Notes: generated by a model from the sequence alone, not told the origin. 63,986 nt of DNA, filler included, from Dimargaris cristalligena (GCA_003614675.1; 3 parts of 3 records of this genome joined end to end with filler, not necessarily neighbours in it), one strand, 5' to 3'; positions 35,119 to 49,731 are shown, counted from the whole stretch's first letter. A program made the numbers and translations.

Positions 35119-37576
35119 TTATAAAAGTGCGTCGTAGGCCATTGCGATTTGGTCCAGCTCCTTCAGGGTTAACTGCCGGACCGGCTTGTCGGGGTCGATA
35201 TCTACTTGGCTGATGATAAGATCGCCGTTTTCTAGCCGCCTGATAAGAGGTAGACATGGTGGGGGAATACATAAGAATGAGAATGCAAAAACGCACTATT
35301 AAGTAAGGCATTTTGGCATGCATGACTAAACAATAGCTTAGGAAATTTCGCTTCTGGCGGCATTATCCCCAACTTGCATAATACCCGAAACGGGTCACCC
35401 AATTAGTTAACACCATCTACATTTTTTGAGGGATATGGCCATCCAATAACTTACATGGCGGGCTCTGGCCAAGCTTCCGAGGACCTGGTAAACAGTATAG
35501 TCAATACGCGGGTAAAACTATTCGTAGGGGCCTGGATATTCCGTGTCTCACTAGGTGTAAACTGGAACAGGAACGACGGCCGCTAAAAAAAAAACACGCC
35601 CAAACAGATATGGAGGGGTGGGGTACCATAGTCGCCCAAGATGCCGGTACAGGTTGATAGCAATGGATACAATCAATAGTCAGCGAAAGTTGGGCAAGGA
35701 AGTGTGGTAAAGCGAGTGAGTTATAGTGCCATGGTGGGTATAAAGTGCAGTCAGCTTAGCACTGGCCGAAGTTGCCAGTATATAACGACTGTAGCCATCT
35801 CTCGGCAAATATTATTACTATTACATAACAAACCATGCATCTATTATTATTATTATTATTATTATTTAAAATAGAATTGCATGATAGACTTACATTTAAA
35901 ATTTCGGCTTTGGGATCTATTGGTATCCTCTTGATGGTGCCGGCAACTTCAGCCAGTATCATGAGGGAATGTTTCTTAATTTTTTCCATGCCCTTGAAAT
36001 CGCAAATCTGTTGTGATTTAATATATATATAGACGAGTGTACTCGAAGCCATAAAGTTAGAAGCGTAAAAAAACCCCTACCTTAGAAGCATAGAATATTA
36101 TTAGCTATAGCAGTACAGCAATACGTAAATACGAGTAACTTACACCCCAGTCCTCCATAGGCATAATCAGATTGTGAATCACCCGACCGTATTTAAAAAT
36201 ACCGTCCCTATTAATGGATTGGATTAGCATCCGGAAAACCAAGTTGTTGTTACTAGCTATCCGATTAAGCGAACCGGTCACCATAATGGGGGATGTCACC
36301 GCATTGGGGTCTAAATACCGACCAGGCGGGAGATCGGAATGCCAATAAAAAAAATCAGAAATATTGGCAAAGTATATTTTTACCGTCCGTATAGATCAAT
36401 CCGTAAACATACATTAGTTTCTATTAAAACATAATCGATTATATATATTTGGCGCATTCACTATATAGTAATAGTAATACTTAAAGTGATTGCTTTAGTT
36501 TTGGCCGTCAATGATATGGCAGTGAAAAATAATACCAATTGAAGGTTTACCTGGTGGGGGCAGTGTTGGATCTAGACTTAAAGTGGTTATTAAATCATCC
36601 GTGTGGAGAAAACTTTTGGACGACGGCATTTTAAAAAAGCCGAACCGGTCCGGGGACTTGTCGACAATGGGCTATAATCGAAGTAGACCAAATAATAGAT
36701 AGATGGTTGTTAGGGAACTTGAGCTTAGACCAGTATGTTAGCGGTTTAGATGGTATGACCCATCTTCCGACACTTAGTATGGAGAAAATGCTGAAAAGGC
36801 TGGTAAGAGGACCGGTTAAACAAATAAAATGGCAAGGGGGCGGGGTTAAACGGCTAATCACTTTTTTTACTAATCTAACCACTGGTCGTCGTACTCGGGG
36901 GAATACCCAAAAGACCTGTCAGTAAGCACTTACTTTAGTTAACAGGGCGTATTTATTGTCAAAATCGCACATGAGCACTTTCTTAGGATTGTAATTACTA
37001 AGGGCCTGGCTCCAGTAACCAAAATCTGGTCAACATGGGCCCACATAGACATAGTAAAGGTGTAGAGATGGGTTGTAAGTTATACATTTATCTTAGCCAG
37101 CTGAGGAAGCTAGTCCACAGAGCAACTATCCGACGGCCGATGCCCAGATGATGAAGGTCAAGGGATATATAAATCAATGTCGGGTACTTACTGCATAATC
37201 CATCGAGAACGTATTTATCTTTTATTTGATCTGGGCCCATGCTACCTATTAATTTGTCGAGCACGTTTTCCCCTGCGTATCGATAGGTAGACGATGCACA
37301 AATCAATAAAAATCGACATAATAGGACGGGTGCAAAAATTAGAATAGATTGGATTAATTATCAAGAGCGTATCCAGCGCCCAGTACCAATAGTTAGAGCA
37401 GGATGGGTTGAGTGGCTTTGGGCATAGTTTTGCCATAAAAGTGATGAACGAAGGTATTTCGGCTGCTATGCACACTTACCGTTGACAATAGCAGGCCGTA
37501 GTATAGTGCGGGACTTTAACATTTGACCGCTGACGCCCTGCAGCAGTTGTGTCCGCTTAACTAGTTTGGGGGGCAT
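35119..37576 (-). CDS. MTF1: Mitochondrial transcription factor Mtf1/TFB (rRNA adenine dimethylase fold), 8 exons, 306 aa
   Basis: Exons 37576-37480, 37272-37192, 37025-36934, 36671-36551, 36310-36144, 36007-35894, 35582-35455, 35239-35119. All introns are GT-AG with consistent phases (921 nt, no internal stop). Family-like motifs: YVLDGLCNFGYWSQAL..YNPKKVLMCD, INRDGIFKYGRVIHNLIMP, FQFTP....IQAP...F.RVL..LF, DIDPDKPVRQLTLKEL. Confidence 0.8.
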
Positions 37577-38350
37577 TTTGAGTAGGTAGTGTATATTATT
37601 AGAAGGGTCGGGTCAACTAGACCTGGCGGGTGCAGGACAGCCAATGCCAGTAAGCAAACAAAGGAGTCGGACGCGATACTTGGGGAACGGAAGGGCAATT
37701 CCGGCTGCAGGGGACTTCTCTGTACTATACAAGTTAAAAGAGTCTGGGATCTCTTTAGTCCAACAACTGCTCAGTTAAACCCCTGTTAGGTGCAATGTCC
37801 TGAGTACCAATGCAAAGAAAATAAAAAACGAAAAGCTTGTAACCCCACACATTCCTAAAGTTCCTTTCGTACCGGAGGAGCATAGTCACTGTACCACACA
37901 AAATGCCCTTTGGGATGGTACTTTATTTTAAGGAAGCCAGGTTAAAAAGCAACCCACGCCCGTTTATTGTGGGGGAAGCCAGAGAGGAAGGTTTTATTTG
38001 GGTGGGCAGTATACATTTAGCCAATGGGAGTTCATTCAAGGGGAAATGTAAATAAATGCACTTATTTCGCTTGACCCATAAATCAGAAAGGTATTTTGAC
38101 CTTCCCTCTAAGCGCCCGGGCGGACTTTAAATTAGCTACTGCTGGGAGAGGAGGGGAACCCGTTCTGAGGCACATGAAAAAACGGCCTGGTCTTTTTTGG
38201 GGGAGGAGAACCGCTTCAGATGCTGCCAGTCTACATGGTTTTGCCCAGCTCTAATTGTATTAAGCCTGGTCTGATTACCACTCCGTCCCATTCAGAGTGC
38301 CGTCTACTTGCCTGCTTTCTTTAGCCTCTACTCCCGACTACTACTCACGC

Positions 38351-40468
38351 ATGTCTGCCACCCCACCGCGGGCCATCAAAACCTATGGCCGCCGCGGCCA
38401 AACCCGGTTACTCCACGGCAACCACGGCAAATCCCGCGCCGAAAAACTATGGCAGGAAATGCTCGCCAATTCCCCCCAGGTCCGGAAAGTGAAGCCCTTG
38501 GACGTAGTAACCCTGCCGGACGAATCGCCTCCTCCCGTGGTCACCCGCCCCAAAACTTATAGGCGCCGAGCCCCACCAGCAGTACCAGCAGCAGCCTCCA
38601 CCTACATTGACCTGGTTGAATCGGATACCAACAGCGATGGGGATAATGCAAGTCCCGCCCCAGCGAAACCCCCGTTTCGATATGAAGGAACCGCATCGTG
38701 CGAGCCCGGTACGCCACGGGCACCCATTGTCCTCGATTCAGATACTTCCGACTGTGACTCGGATCTGGCGGGCTCTTTTATCCAAGAGGCTGATCGGGCC
38801 TTGGAAGAACACCGCCAACAACGGGATCAACTAGGCCCCATCCGGCTATTTGAGGATTTGCCCGGCGACTCAGTCTCTCCCCTGGCGGATCTTCTCGATA
38901 GCCCCACGTCATCGCCCCGGATTAGTATTGGTCACGACCAAGCGTTGCCACCTAGCGCCCCCCGCACACCCAAGGAACCCCCCGCCGAGCTTACGGAAGG
39001 GCTAGAAGGTCTGCATATTCAACTCGAAGGGGCCCCCAAGGATCCCAATAGTCCCAGTCCTGATAAAACCGAGTGCGATACGAATACTTCCCCAACTGAG
39101 AATCTATCCTCCACATCCGCCACTGTCCCTAATGATAGCGAGCTAGTAATCGATCCCACAGCGAAATCCCCCTCAAAACCGGCCTTGGATGAGGCGGTGG
39201 AATTGGATGCCACTCCCGAATTAACGTCTATACCCAGTTCCGTATCCGAGCCCTGGTCGGATCTAGCCCAAAGCCTTCCGGACCTCACCCACTTCGTGTG
39301 CCGGCGGGCCGTTCGCAGGGACAACCTTCTGGCTCTATGCAGCCAAACCGACCCGATGAGTTTCGATACCTTCTTCGGCCCGGATTTCCTGACCCAGGCG
39401 CGCAAACTAGACGAATCCACCTTTTCCGAAGTCTATTTAGGTCCCTGTCGGGATTTCCGGGGCCAAATTCAGTCCAACGCCGTGGTCAAAATCATCCCCT
39501 TTGGGGGCGGCCACAAAAACCCCGTCAACGGCCAGAAACAAACTACCTTTCGCGACGTTTACCAAGAAATGTGCGTTAGTTGGCTACTAAGCTACTGGCC
39601 CGCCTACCGCCACTCGGCCACTCCCTCCGCGGGTACCACGGATCTGGCTACCCATTGGAATTTTATCCGGGTGCACCATTTGGGTATCTGCAGTGGACTC
39701 TACCCCGAACCCTTACTAAACGAATGGGACCGGTGGCAAGGGGACCATCCCGTTGAATGCCAAAACATTCGGCCCGATTACTTGCCGCCCGAGCAGCTCT
39801 ACGCCGTATTCGTACTGGCCCACGGCGGTACTTCCCTGGAACACTACCGGTTCCAATCCCTGGCGGAGCTGCAAAGTCTACTCCAGCAACTGGCCTATAT
39901 TCTAGCCCTGGCCGAAAAGGAACTCCAGTTCGAACATCGGGATATGCACTGGGGCAACATCCTCCTGGCCCCCTCCGAGCGCACTACTTTGGCCTACGCC
40001 CTGACCGATGCGGGTGCCAAAAGTGATCCACCGGTTGTCCACAACGTCCCGACGGCCGGCCTGGAGGTCCACATCATCGACTATACCTTTTCCAGACTCA
40101 ATGTTCCCGGCCAGCGCGAGCAACTTTTCCATGTGGATATCACCGATCCGGATATGTTTACGGGGCAGGGTGACCGGCAGTTTGACGTGTACCGGCAAAT
40201 GGCCGCCGATAGCGGGGGTAAATGGTCCGACTTCTGCCCCAAATCGAATATACACTGGTTCGTGTATACGATTGATAAAATCTTGACTACCAAGGATGGC
40301 AGCCAAGCAACTCCGCCTTATGATGTACGGAATTTGCTCCAGCCGGCCTATCGAGATGACTTTGAGAAACTATACTCTCACCTCGCCCAGTACAATAGTG
40401 TCGCGGAACTAGTGGAGGGTGGTCACCTCGGCACCTTGTTTATCCTACCCGAAACAATACCCTCGTAG
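38351..40468 (+). CDS. Haspin-family Ser/Thr kinase (Alk1/GSG2-like), 705 aa
   Basis: N-terminal KTYGRR, VVKIIPF, LALAEKELQFEHRDMHWGNILL, haspin-specific IIDYTFSRL, FTGQGDRQFDVYRQM, W..F.PKSNIHW. Confidence 0.93.
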   Translation: MSATPPRAIKTYGRRGQTRLLHGNHGKSRAEKLWQEMLANSPQVRKVKPLDVVTLPDESPPPVVTRPKTYRRRAPPAVPAAASTYIDLVESDTNSDGDNASPAPAKPPFRYEGTASCEPGTPRAPIVLDSDTSDCDSDLAGSFIQEADRALEEHRQQRDQLGPIRLFEDLPGDSVSPLADLLDSPTSSPRISIGHDQALPPSAPRTPKEPPAELTEGLEGLHIQLEGAPKDPNSPSPDKTECDTNTSPTENLSSTSATVPNDSELVIDPTAKSPSKPALDEAVELDATPELTSIPSSVSEPWSDLAQSLPDLTHFVCRRAVRRDNLLALCSQTDPMSFDTFFGPDFLTQARKLDESTFSEVYLGPCRDFRGQIQSNAVVKIIPFGGGHKNPVNGQKQTTFRDVYQEMCVSWLLSYWPAYRHSATPSAGTTDLATHWNFIRVHHLGICSGLYPEPLLNEWDRWQGDHPVECQNIRPDYLPPEQLYAVFVLAHGGTSLEHYRFQSLAELQSLLQQLAYILALAEKELQFEHRDMHWGNILLAPSERTTLAYALTDAGAKSDPPVVHNVPTAGLEVHIIDYTFSRLNVPGQREQLFHVDITDPDMFTGQGDRQFDVYRQMAADSGGKWSDFCPKSNIHWFVYTIDKILTTKDGSQATPPYDVRNLLQPAYRDDFEKLYSHLAQYNSVAELVEGGHLGTLFILPETIPS

Positions 40469-41242
40469 ATTGCCCAGATAGTATTCCCTTTGAATCGGCT
40501 TACACTCCCCATTTTGATGCATTCTCCTCCGTGGTTTCCTCTATTGAATGAACAGCCGCCCATCGTGACTCAAGCGTTGGTGGCTTGGTTTAATCAGATT
40601 TGACTACTCGTTATTCCCCTTTTATATTACCACTCTTGTACGACTGCGTTGTCCCCTATGTATCCTAATTAGCTTAATGATGACCCATTAAAGTATTTCT
40701 AGCGCGTTGCCTTTCTGATCCTTGTTTGATCATTTGGGTTGTCTTTGCCAATAGCCGTGATTATCTATTCATATACCCCGTAGCTGGATTCCTAAATTAA
40801 ATATAATATATAAGTAGTGTTTTTCGTTTCAATTAACTGGTTGCGCGACGAGACAGAGGCCTACTGGTATAAATAAATAAGCTAAGTACTAACCATGGGG
40901 GATACTCTGGCAAATCACACTGATGAAACGATGTCTATTACTCAAAGGCCTAAATACGGACCCACCATAATTGGCTTTGGGCAAAACAGCAGTGAAGCAC
41001 TGCTCATTCAGTAAGTCAGGCTGGTGCCACCTAGTCAGCTCAGCCAGCCTAGCTAACGCGTTCACAACACAGTCCCCGTCACAGTTTCGCCCCAGCGACC
41101 CCTCTACACCCGCCCACCATAGCTACATGTCTCTAATGCACCTGTACCAGACCATCAAGCTAATCGTGATCATATTCCCATCCTCAGTTTCTTATTGTTT
41201 TATATTTATTATATATATATACATAAACAGTTATATATAACG

Positions 41243-42379
41243 ATGGGTTCCGTTTGGCCCTACCTTTGCTCGTTGCTGGGCTTGTTGTCTGCTTTGACCG
41301 CCTATGCTTCCGACGCCTCCGCCACGGATAAATCCGCGGCCCGCGACACCTCGCTCCCCTTCGGCCTCTCCAACTTATTAGGCCGCCAACCGACTTCGGA
41401 AATCGATCTCAACCTAGCCCAGTTCTACCCCGAATGCGCCATTCTCATCGTCTTTGCCTTATTCGCCGCCTGTTACTACAAGGGCCGCCAGACCAACCGC
41501 ACGCTGGCCATCCGCGTCGCCAACATTTTGAAACCCATCCTCGACCAAGAATTCAGTTATGTCGGTGACGGTCAGCGGTTCCTCCTTCAGGACGATCCGG
41601 CCAATTTCGTCGTGTACGGCAGTGGCCGTCGGCACTGCGAATCCCTCCACGGGTTCCTGCAACTCCGCAACCGCCACGACCTGATCCGGTTCGTTCTGGG
41701 GTGGTTTATGCCCGCGGCCTCCGATCGCCTGCAGCTGGAAATCCAGTTACGGCCCGAGGAGTTCAGTGGCTTCGTGTACGGCGTGGCACCCCAACGGGCG
41801 GCTAAAGGCATCCGGGAGAGTCGGTGGGACCTAAAAACATTCACCCGGTCTACCACGCTCCCCACGAAGGGTTCGCGTAAGATGACCCAGTGGGTGGAAT
41901 CAACGGAACACGCGACGCTGTTCGATAAGGCTGGACTCCCCGAGATGGTGAGCCACCGGGACGATGTGCTGGATGAACTGTTCGTGACGGACCAGCCCCT
42001 CGATAAACCCACCGAATTGGCCGACCTGCCCGCCCGGCGTACCCTCCAGGCAGTCATTCGCATCACTGATTCGGATGAAGCCGTGGCCCGTGCCGTGGCC
42101 TTTGTCCTGGCCCTCATCGATTATATCCCCACCCACCATGCTATTCGGGCGGAAACTAAAACAAAATTAATCAAGGCCCGCGCTGAAGCAATTCGGGATC
42201 TGGTCAAGGCGGAGTCCCAGGTTCAACAAGAAAGGGCCCAGCAGCTGAAGGCGGAACGGAAGAAAAAGGAGGCCGATAAAGTGAGTCAAATGACTCCCGA
42301 AGCCCAGCGCAAGTGGGAGGAAAAACAGCAGCAGAAGGAGTTTAAGCGTAAACAAAGCCGAATGGTTCGGCGCAAGTAA
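41243..42379 (+). CDS. CCDC47: CCDC47/DUF1682 family ER membrane protein (PAT complex subunit), 378 aa
   Basis: Signal peptide, TM ending YYKGRQTN, YGSGRRHC....GFLQLRNRHDL, and basic coiled-coil C-terminus (MTPEAQRKWEEKQQQKEFKRK). Confidence 0.85.
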   Translation: MGSVWPYLCSLLGLLSALTAYASDASATDKSAARDTSLPFGLSNLLGRQPTSEIDLNLAQFYPECAILIVFALFAACYYKGRQTNRTLAIRVANILKPILDQEFSYVGDGQRFLLQDDPANFVVYGSGRRHCESLHGFLQLRNRHDLIRFVLGWFMPAASDRLQLEIQLRPEEFSGFVYGVAPQRAAKGIRESRWDLKTFTRSTTLPTKGSRKMTQWVESTEHATLFDKAGLPEMVSHRDDVLDELFVTDQPLDKPTELADLPARRTLQAVIRITDSDEAVARAVAFVLALIDYIPTHHAIRAETKTKLIKARAEAIRDLVKAESQVQQERAQQLKAERKKKEADKVSQMTPEAQRKWEEKQQQKEFKRKQSRMVRRK

Positions 42380-43821
42380 ACTGATATACATTCAGCCCAC
42401 CTCTCTCTCACCTACGCATTTCTTATATATACGCCTGCTTGTATTTGGCAGCATTCTGTAATCTTGATAAAATTGGCCCTCGATTATATAATGAAAATTA
42501 ATTTATTTTGATTGTTTAGACTATGGCTAGTTGGACATGGTTGAAAGGTCGAGTGGATATTATAGGTCTTATTCAACACGACCTTATAGTAGTTTAAGTG
42601 ATCCATATGTAAGGTAAGGTATATATTTGTTTGGCAAATACACAAACAGTCCAAAGTTTGGAAACTTGCAGCGGTCATGGCAATTCCCCGCGCAACAGTC
42701 TTAATCGTATAAAATAATGATTATTTGGAGAGATGATGCTTCTTAGTTATAGGGGAGTTTGGTTTGTATTGCCATCGCTGTTTAAGTCCATGATCATGTT
42801 TCTCAAAAACGTCACCACTTCTCTCTCCTTACAGCACTTCTATCCATTGTTATTGTTCCACAAACGACGTGTTTGGCTATGGTCATGGTAGCTTAGTTAC
42901 AAGATATCAGTAGGCTATACTGGCTGGTATAAAAATTACTTTAATGCAGTATCGTCTGGCATGCCACCATTGATTATCAGTGGTAGATATCAAAGTCAGG
43001 CAATTTCCTACAATAGATATTGCGATTAGTTCCTACAGTTCTTTATTCGTTCATACATTTTTAACGGTTTCATTTACCGTATCTTTTACTGACAACCCTT
43101 AATGGTCCTCTCGCGTAGTAATTGTAATCCTCACAGCATGCAAATTTGCTTACGGAAGACGCTGTAATTGTGCAGAGGAACTATGGCAGACATCTGCTCA
43201 GGGCCGTTTTCGCTGGCCTATCTGAAGCACATCAGCCATTAGCATCACTTATTTTCTACGGTCCCATCTGTTGTTTACCATGAATAACGGCGTCCTGGAA
43301 TCTAATCCGTCTGTGTCCTCGAGTATTCCCGTACCTGTTAATTGGGGACCTTCCATATCTGCGGCAAAGCCTTGTGAGTAGGAAACCGGGCCCACCCCTT
43401 GCATTCCTAGACCCAGCATTGCCCATCCACCTATCCAACATAAGTACTGTGATGTTTTACGACCCTTGTCTAACGCACATAATATTACTGGCGTGTCCCT
43501 TCGCGTCTCCTTAATTATCATTCGGCAGTTCGAGTCATCGCTGCTTTGCATTACTCCGGGTTACCCCAGCCCGACCACAACACGCTATAATTGTGTCCTG
43601 CTTTCAGTAACTACATTAACTTCTTATAAAAAGGACGTCTTCGGTGCACGTCGAAAAAAATAACAATCATCATAGCCCTCAACATTCTACATCAACACCG
43701 CTTTAGTTCTTCCATTTATTTCCCTATCTCTATCTATTATTTTATTATACCCCGAATAAACCTTCGTCTTAACACCAACATTGACGTTGGATAAACTGGG
43801 GTCATCTCTAAACGCTTATAT

Positions 43822-43921
43822 NNNNNNNNNNNNNNNNNNNNNNNNNNNNNNNNNNNNNNNNNNNNTTAATTAATTAANNNNNNNNNNNNNNNNNNNNNNN
43901 NNNNNNNNNNNNNNNNNNNNN
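43822..43921. other. Assembly gap with artificial TTAATTAATTAA linker
   Basis: 100-nt N block with TTAATTAATTAA at 43866-43877. Confidence 0.95.
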
Positions 43922-44593
43922 TCATGGGCTAATTATTAAAGTTGTTGGTCGGATATACCACTGAATTCCACCGACTTGTTTCATTAATTAACTGGGCTTT
44001 ATTGGTATAATGGAGAGGGGAGGAGGCCGCTGACGTAAAATTGACCCAAGTTAAGTTGTACTACCATCCTGATTACATTATAGAGCTATTAAACAGGGTT
44101 CGACATTGGGTAAAGGAAAGAGAGACCCCCGGTGGCAGGTACGAGTGACACGGGTGGAATCATAAGACTCGGCCGCTTTTGTTCAGCGCTGGCTCTTAGT
44201 TTTGAAGACTCCCCAACCCTTTATCGCCAAGTTGAATAACTTGGCACTAGTCTCTAAACTGCTTCTCATTCGCTGCGCTACTACTAAGGCTTTTGTCACT
44301 CATTTGACTAAAACTCTTTACATTGCCAAGTTCTTTCCTTACCACTGTTTATAGGTTTTTTAAAAAATAATATTTCGTTTGCTTCTCTACTACCTTCCCT
44401 TTTATAAAACCCTACTAGGAATCCGAGCTTAGTAACAGAGCTCTCCTCTCCCTGAATTCCCCGGCCTTGTTAGTCCTGTGTTTATCCTTGCTGGCTTGCC
44501 GCATTTTCACCTCCTAACCCACCCCTCCCTTCTTTTTCACTCTTACGGTACCATCCCCTCCCCCTCTTCTGTCTACTGGCTGTGCCCACCGAA

Positions 44594-44887
44594 ATGAGAA
44601 CTCCCGAGACCCCTACCCCCGAGAATGTCCAGCGGGAAACTCCGCCCACACCCTCTACCGAGCCAGCCTCTGTCCCCACCTCTGCCACTGAACCCTCAGC
44701 TCCTGCCGATACCATCTCCGAGAGTGAGCTGGCCCTTCTCGGGGTATCTTTCCCCAATGGTGAGCTGAACCTAGCGACGCTGTTGAAGGACATTGACCAT
44801 GCCGACGACCTCCTGTCGCATTTGGATGAGCGGGTGGACCAGTTACTTAAAAATATCGACGAAATGATGCCTGCCCCTAAACCCTAA
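44594..44887 (+). CDS. Small acidic coiled-coil protein, UPF0184/bublin (C9orf16)-like, 97 aa
   Basis: Pro/Thr/Glu-rich N-terminus, then heptad helix ELNLATLLKDIDHADDLLSHLDERVDQLLKNIDEMM, resembling the UPF0184 core (LDHLEEKNDHL). Confidence 0.55.
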   Translation: MRTPETPTPENVQRETPPTPSTEPASVPTSATEPSAPADTISESELALLGVSFPNGELNLATLLKDIDHADDLLSHLDERVDQLLKNIDEMMPAPKP

Positions 44888-45362
44888 CCATTGCCCAACC
44901 CAACATAGAGTGGGCTCTAAATACGCATGTCCCATTCCCTCCATTTTCACTCTGCTCACTCCATTCCTGGACAGAATGTAAAACCCATTTAGTATCACTG
45001 AACCTCGGATAGGATTATATAAAAATAGTGACTCCCTCCCCCTTCCCTTGGGCCCAGAAGGCGATACCTTTCCTTTTTTTAAAAAAACAACAACAATAAC
45101 TGGGTTTAAGTGACGATGAACGAGTATATTGGTTTTAATCGAATAAACGGTCATGGGCCGGATGATAATCTAAGGATAAAAACACAAAGGACTGGTAAAG
45201 TATAATAAAAACCATACTAATACTAATACTAATGATAGCGATGATAAACAAAAGAACCAAAGATGATGCATTTGTGACGGAAGTAGGTGGATCCCGAGGG
45301 CCGTATCCGCCCTCTCCCCATGCATAAAGGTCCGAAAGACTCGGTCAATTGCGTTTAGATCT

Positions 45363-47368
<2,006 letters not shown>

Positions 47369-48034
47369 GGCTGGGGAAAGATGTTAGGGACTGGGTAGTA
47401 GCAACGAGAGTCGATTTTAAATGGGTAATATAGCACAAGGGGATTTGGAAGGGAGGCGGTGAAAAGATAAGAATAGAAAATAATGGAATAGAATGGAGCT
47501 AAGCAGCAATGGAGCAGCGGAGAGTGAATTCGCTAGTGACCTACAATAAAACCAGCGGGATGCTTGTGCACCCTCCTCACAAGCGTATATAATACATAGC
47601 TTTCGAGTATTTGAATAAATGCTACACATGGAACATTAGTTGGATGCGATTAGAGTTAGTCACCACCACGTTGCCTGGTCAGGTGATTTTAATTAGTTCA
47701 TGGGCCAAATTAGTATATTTGCTCATTCCTTCGACTAGCATAGTATAGTAAGTAGCTTGGACAAGTGGTAAGGGCAGAGGGGAGGAGATTCAACGAAGAG
47801 AGCTTTCTAGGCACCCACCGCCAAGCCGAAGATCAAGTAGATCAGCGACAACCACTGCATAACGGCTGCTTACTTACAACTCCCCCCATTCAGGCTAGTA
47901 AGCATGCCCTGCTTCGTCCAACCCTAATTCCGATCCTCCTCCTTCTGGCTTTACGGTGATTTCCCACTTCACACACACACAGACACACTCTATCTATATT
48001 TACATATTTATTATTAAATTCTATTCGGTGTATC

Positions 48035-48856
48035 ATGTCCCGAGGATCCCGTATTGTATCGCTTAGTCTGGCCCCCGGCCTTCGCCGGCTGTGCAGTGCT
48101 CCCCAGCCCCAATGGCCAGTCCGCGCCATGGCCGTTCGGGGATTTGCCCATTCCTCCGCCGCCGCCGCCGCTGCGACCAAAAAGGCCGAGCCGCCCGTGG
48201 TGAACAGTCTGCTCCCCCGCAGCGTCCCCGTCAAACAGGTCAATTCCCTCGACAAGCCCTTTAATGACCGCAAGCGGTTTCTCTTCCAAATGTACGAACA
48301 CCAACTGCAGTCGCCCGTCTACCTCATCTACCAGAACCACAATTTGACCGTGGGGGAAGTCAAGCAGATCCGCCAGCAACTGAAGGAAAAGTGCCACCCC
48401 CTGGCGCAGGTGGGGATTGTGCGCTCGTCCCTCATGAAGGCCGTGCTGCGCGGCACCGAATTCGAGAATCTCAACCCCCTCTTCACGGGACCCGTGGCCA
48501 TCGTCTACGTTGACTACCAGCGTCTGCAAGACCCATACGCCGACCTGGTGCACTCGGAAATCCCCGAGGTCCAGCCCGTGGAACTGCTCAAGAGTATGGT
48601 GGAAACGACGGCCCGCCAGTCGAAGCTGCTGCTGCTGGGCGGTAAATTGGACCAACAGCTGCTCAATCCCCAACTGGTCTCGCATATCTCACAGCTTCCC
48701 CCGCTGGCCTCGCTCCACGCCCAGTTGGTGGCCGGGGTGTTTGGTCCGATCCAGGCCGTACACCAGACCATTAAGCAGATTCCCCAGTCGTTGGTATTTA
48801 CGCTGGATCAGCACCGCAAGAACCTTACCCCGAAGGACGACGAAGCATCGGAGTAA
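48035..48856 (+). CDS. Mitochondrial ribosomal protein uL10m, 273 aa
   Basis: Arg-rich presequence, YQNHNLTVGEVKQIRQQL, FENLNPLFTGPVAIVY, KLLLLGGKLD, SQLPPLASLHAQL. Confidence 0.88.
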   Translation: MSRGSRIVSLSLAPGLRRLCSAPQPQWPVRAMAVRGFAHSSAAAAAATKKAEPPVVNSLLPRSVPVKQVNSLDKPFNDRKRFLFQMYEHQLQSPVYLIYQNHNLTVGEVKQIRQQLKEKCHPLAQVGIVRSSLMKAVLRGTEFENLNPLFTGPVAIVYVDYQRLQDPYADLVHSEIPEVQPVELLKSMVETTARQSKLLLLGGKLDQQLLNPQLVSHISQLPPLASLHAQLVAGVFGPIQAVHQTIKQIPQSLVFTLDQHRKNLTPKDDEASE

Positions 48857-49506
48857 ATGGGGACCATCGACCCGGGTTACTGCCCGTCCCCGCGCCATGA
48901 GCAAATTCATTATCGCTCAATACGACGGATTGACCCAAACGGCCGGTGCCCCTATTAATAGATGCCCCTATCACTTACCCAGGTCGCTGCAAACCCAAAA
49001 GCAAGATCCCTTTTTTTAAAAAATGAGGTTGGCCCCGCCAAAACCCCTTTTCAGTTATAAATATTTTTATTAAATTGCATTTTTGTTTCTAGGGGATGGG
49101 TCGAGTAAAAGTGGGATGATTGACCTGAAGTGCTGACAGACGATGTTGTGTATGTATATTTTGACGTAATATTGTCTATATATATATATATATTTCGCAT
49201 TAGATATGCAGCGCGACCCCTCCTTGTTCCGCAGAGGGGGAGGAGGGCCTGTCGTCTAAGTAAGCCTGCCTTTAGATTAAGCGGGCACCGCAACGGTGTA
49301 TTTTTCACATGCAACTTTAATTATCTAACCCATGACTATTGATTATCTACCTATCTGTAAGTGTAAGTTACGGCCGCCCGGTTATTTCGGCATGCCTCTA
49401 CACAATAAATATAAAGTGACTTGCCTGGCACACCACAAACGGTTATTTCCTCCACACAAATACAATAGAGCCGCGGTGCTTTCCCTCCCTTTCTCTTTGA
49501 CTTTCG

Positions 49507-49546
<40 letters not shown>

Positions 49547-49731
49547 CACCCGCTCTCCCACGTCTCCACTGCCCTGTTCCTTCCCTGCCAAGGGTTGCTG
49601 GAACGTCTTCTCAACATTGATACACTCTATTGTTGTCTTTACCCCTTCCCTGCCCATTCCATGAACCACGCCTCCCTTTCCCTTCTCCAGCCTTCGTTAC
49701 TCTACACCTCGCTCCGTCCCCGCTCCTCCGA

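Noticed and set aside
35114..35323. ORF MHAKMPYLIVRFCILILMYSP...RKRR resembling a small secreted basic peptide
   Set aside because: It overlaps the last intron and exon 8 of the Mtf1-like gene in another frame, and that frame carries the family motif.
37020..37130. In-frame GPC-TGA-PDF suggesting a selenocysteine codon or a lectin pseudogene
   Set aside because: The TGA falls inside intron 2 of the Mtf1-like gene (acceptor CAG at 37028-37026).
39400..39440. Haspin glycine-rich loop without glycines (KLDESTFSEVY)
   Set aside because: Fungal haspins commonly have degenerate loops. The catalytic K, HRD-x-H-x-GN and DYT are intact, so it is not a pseudokinase.
42500..43800. Short ORFs and splice-like sites before the second gap
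   Set aside because: No coherent frame or recognisable motif could be assembled.
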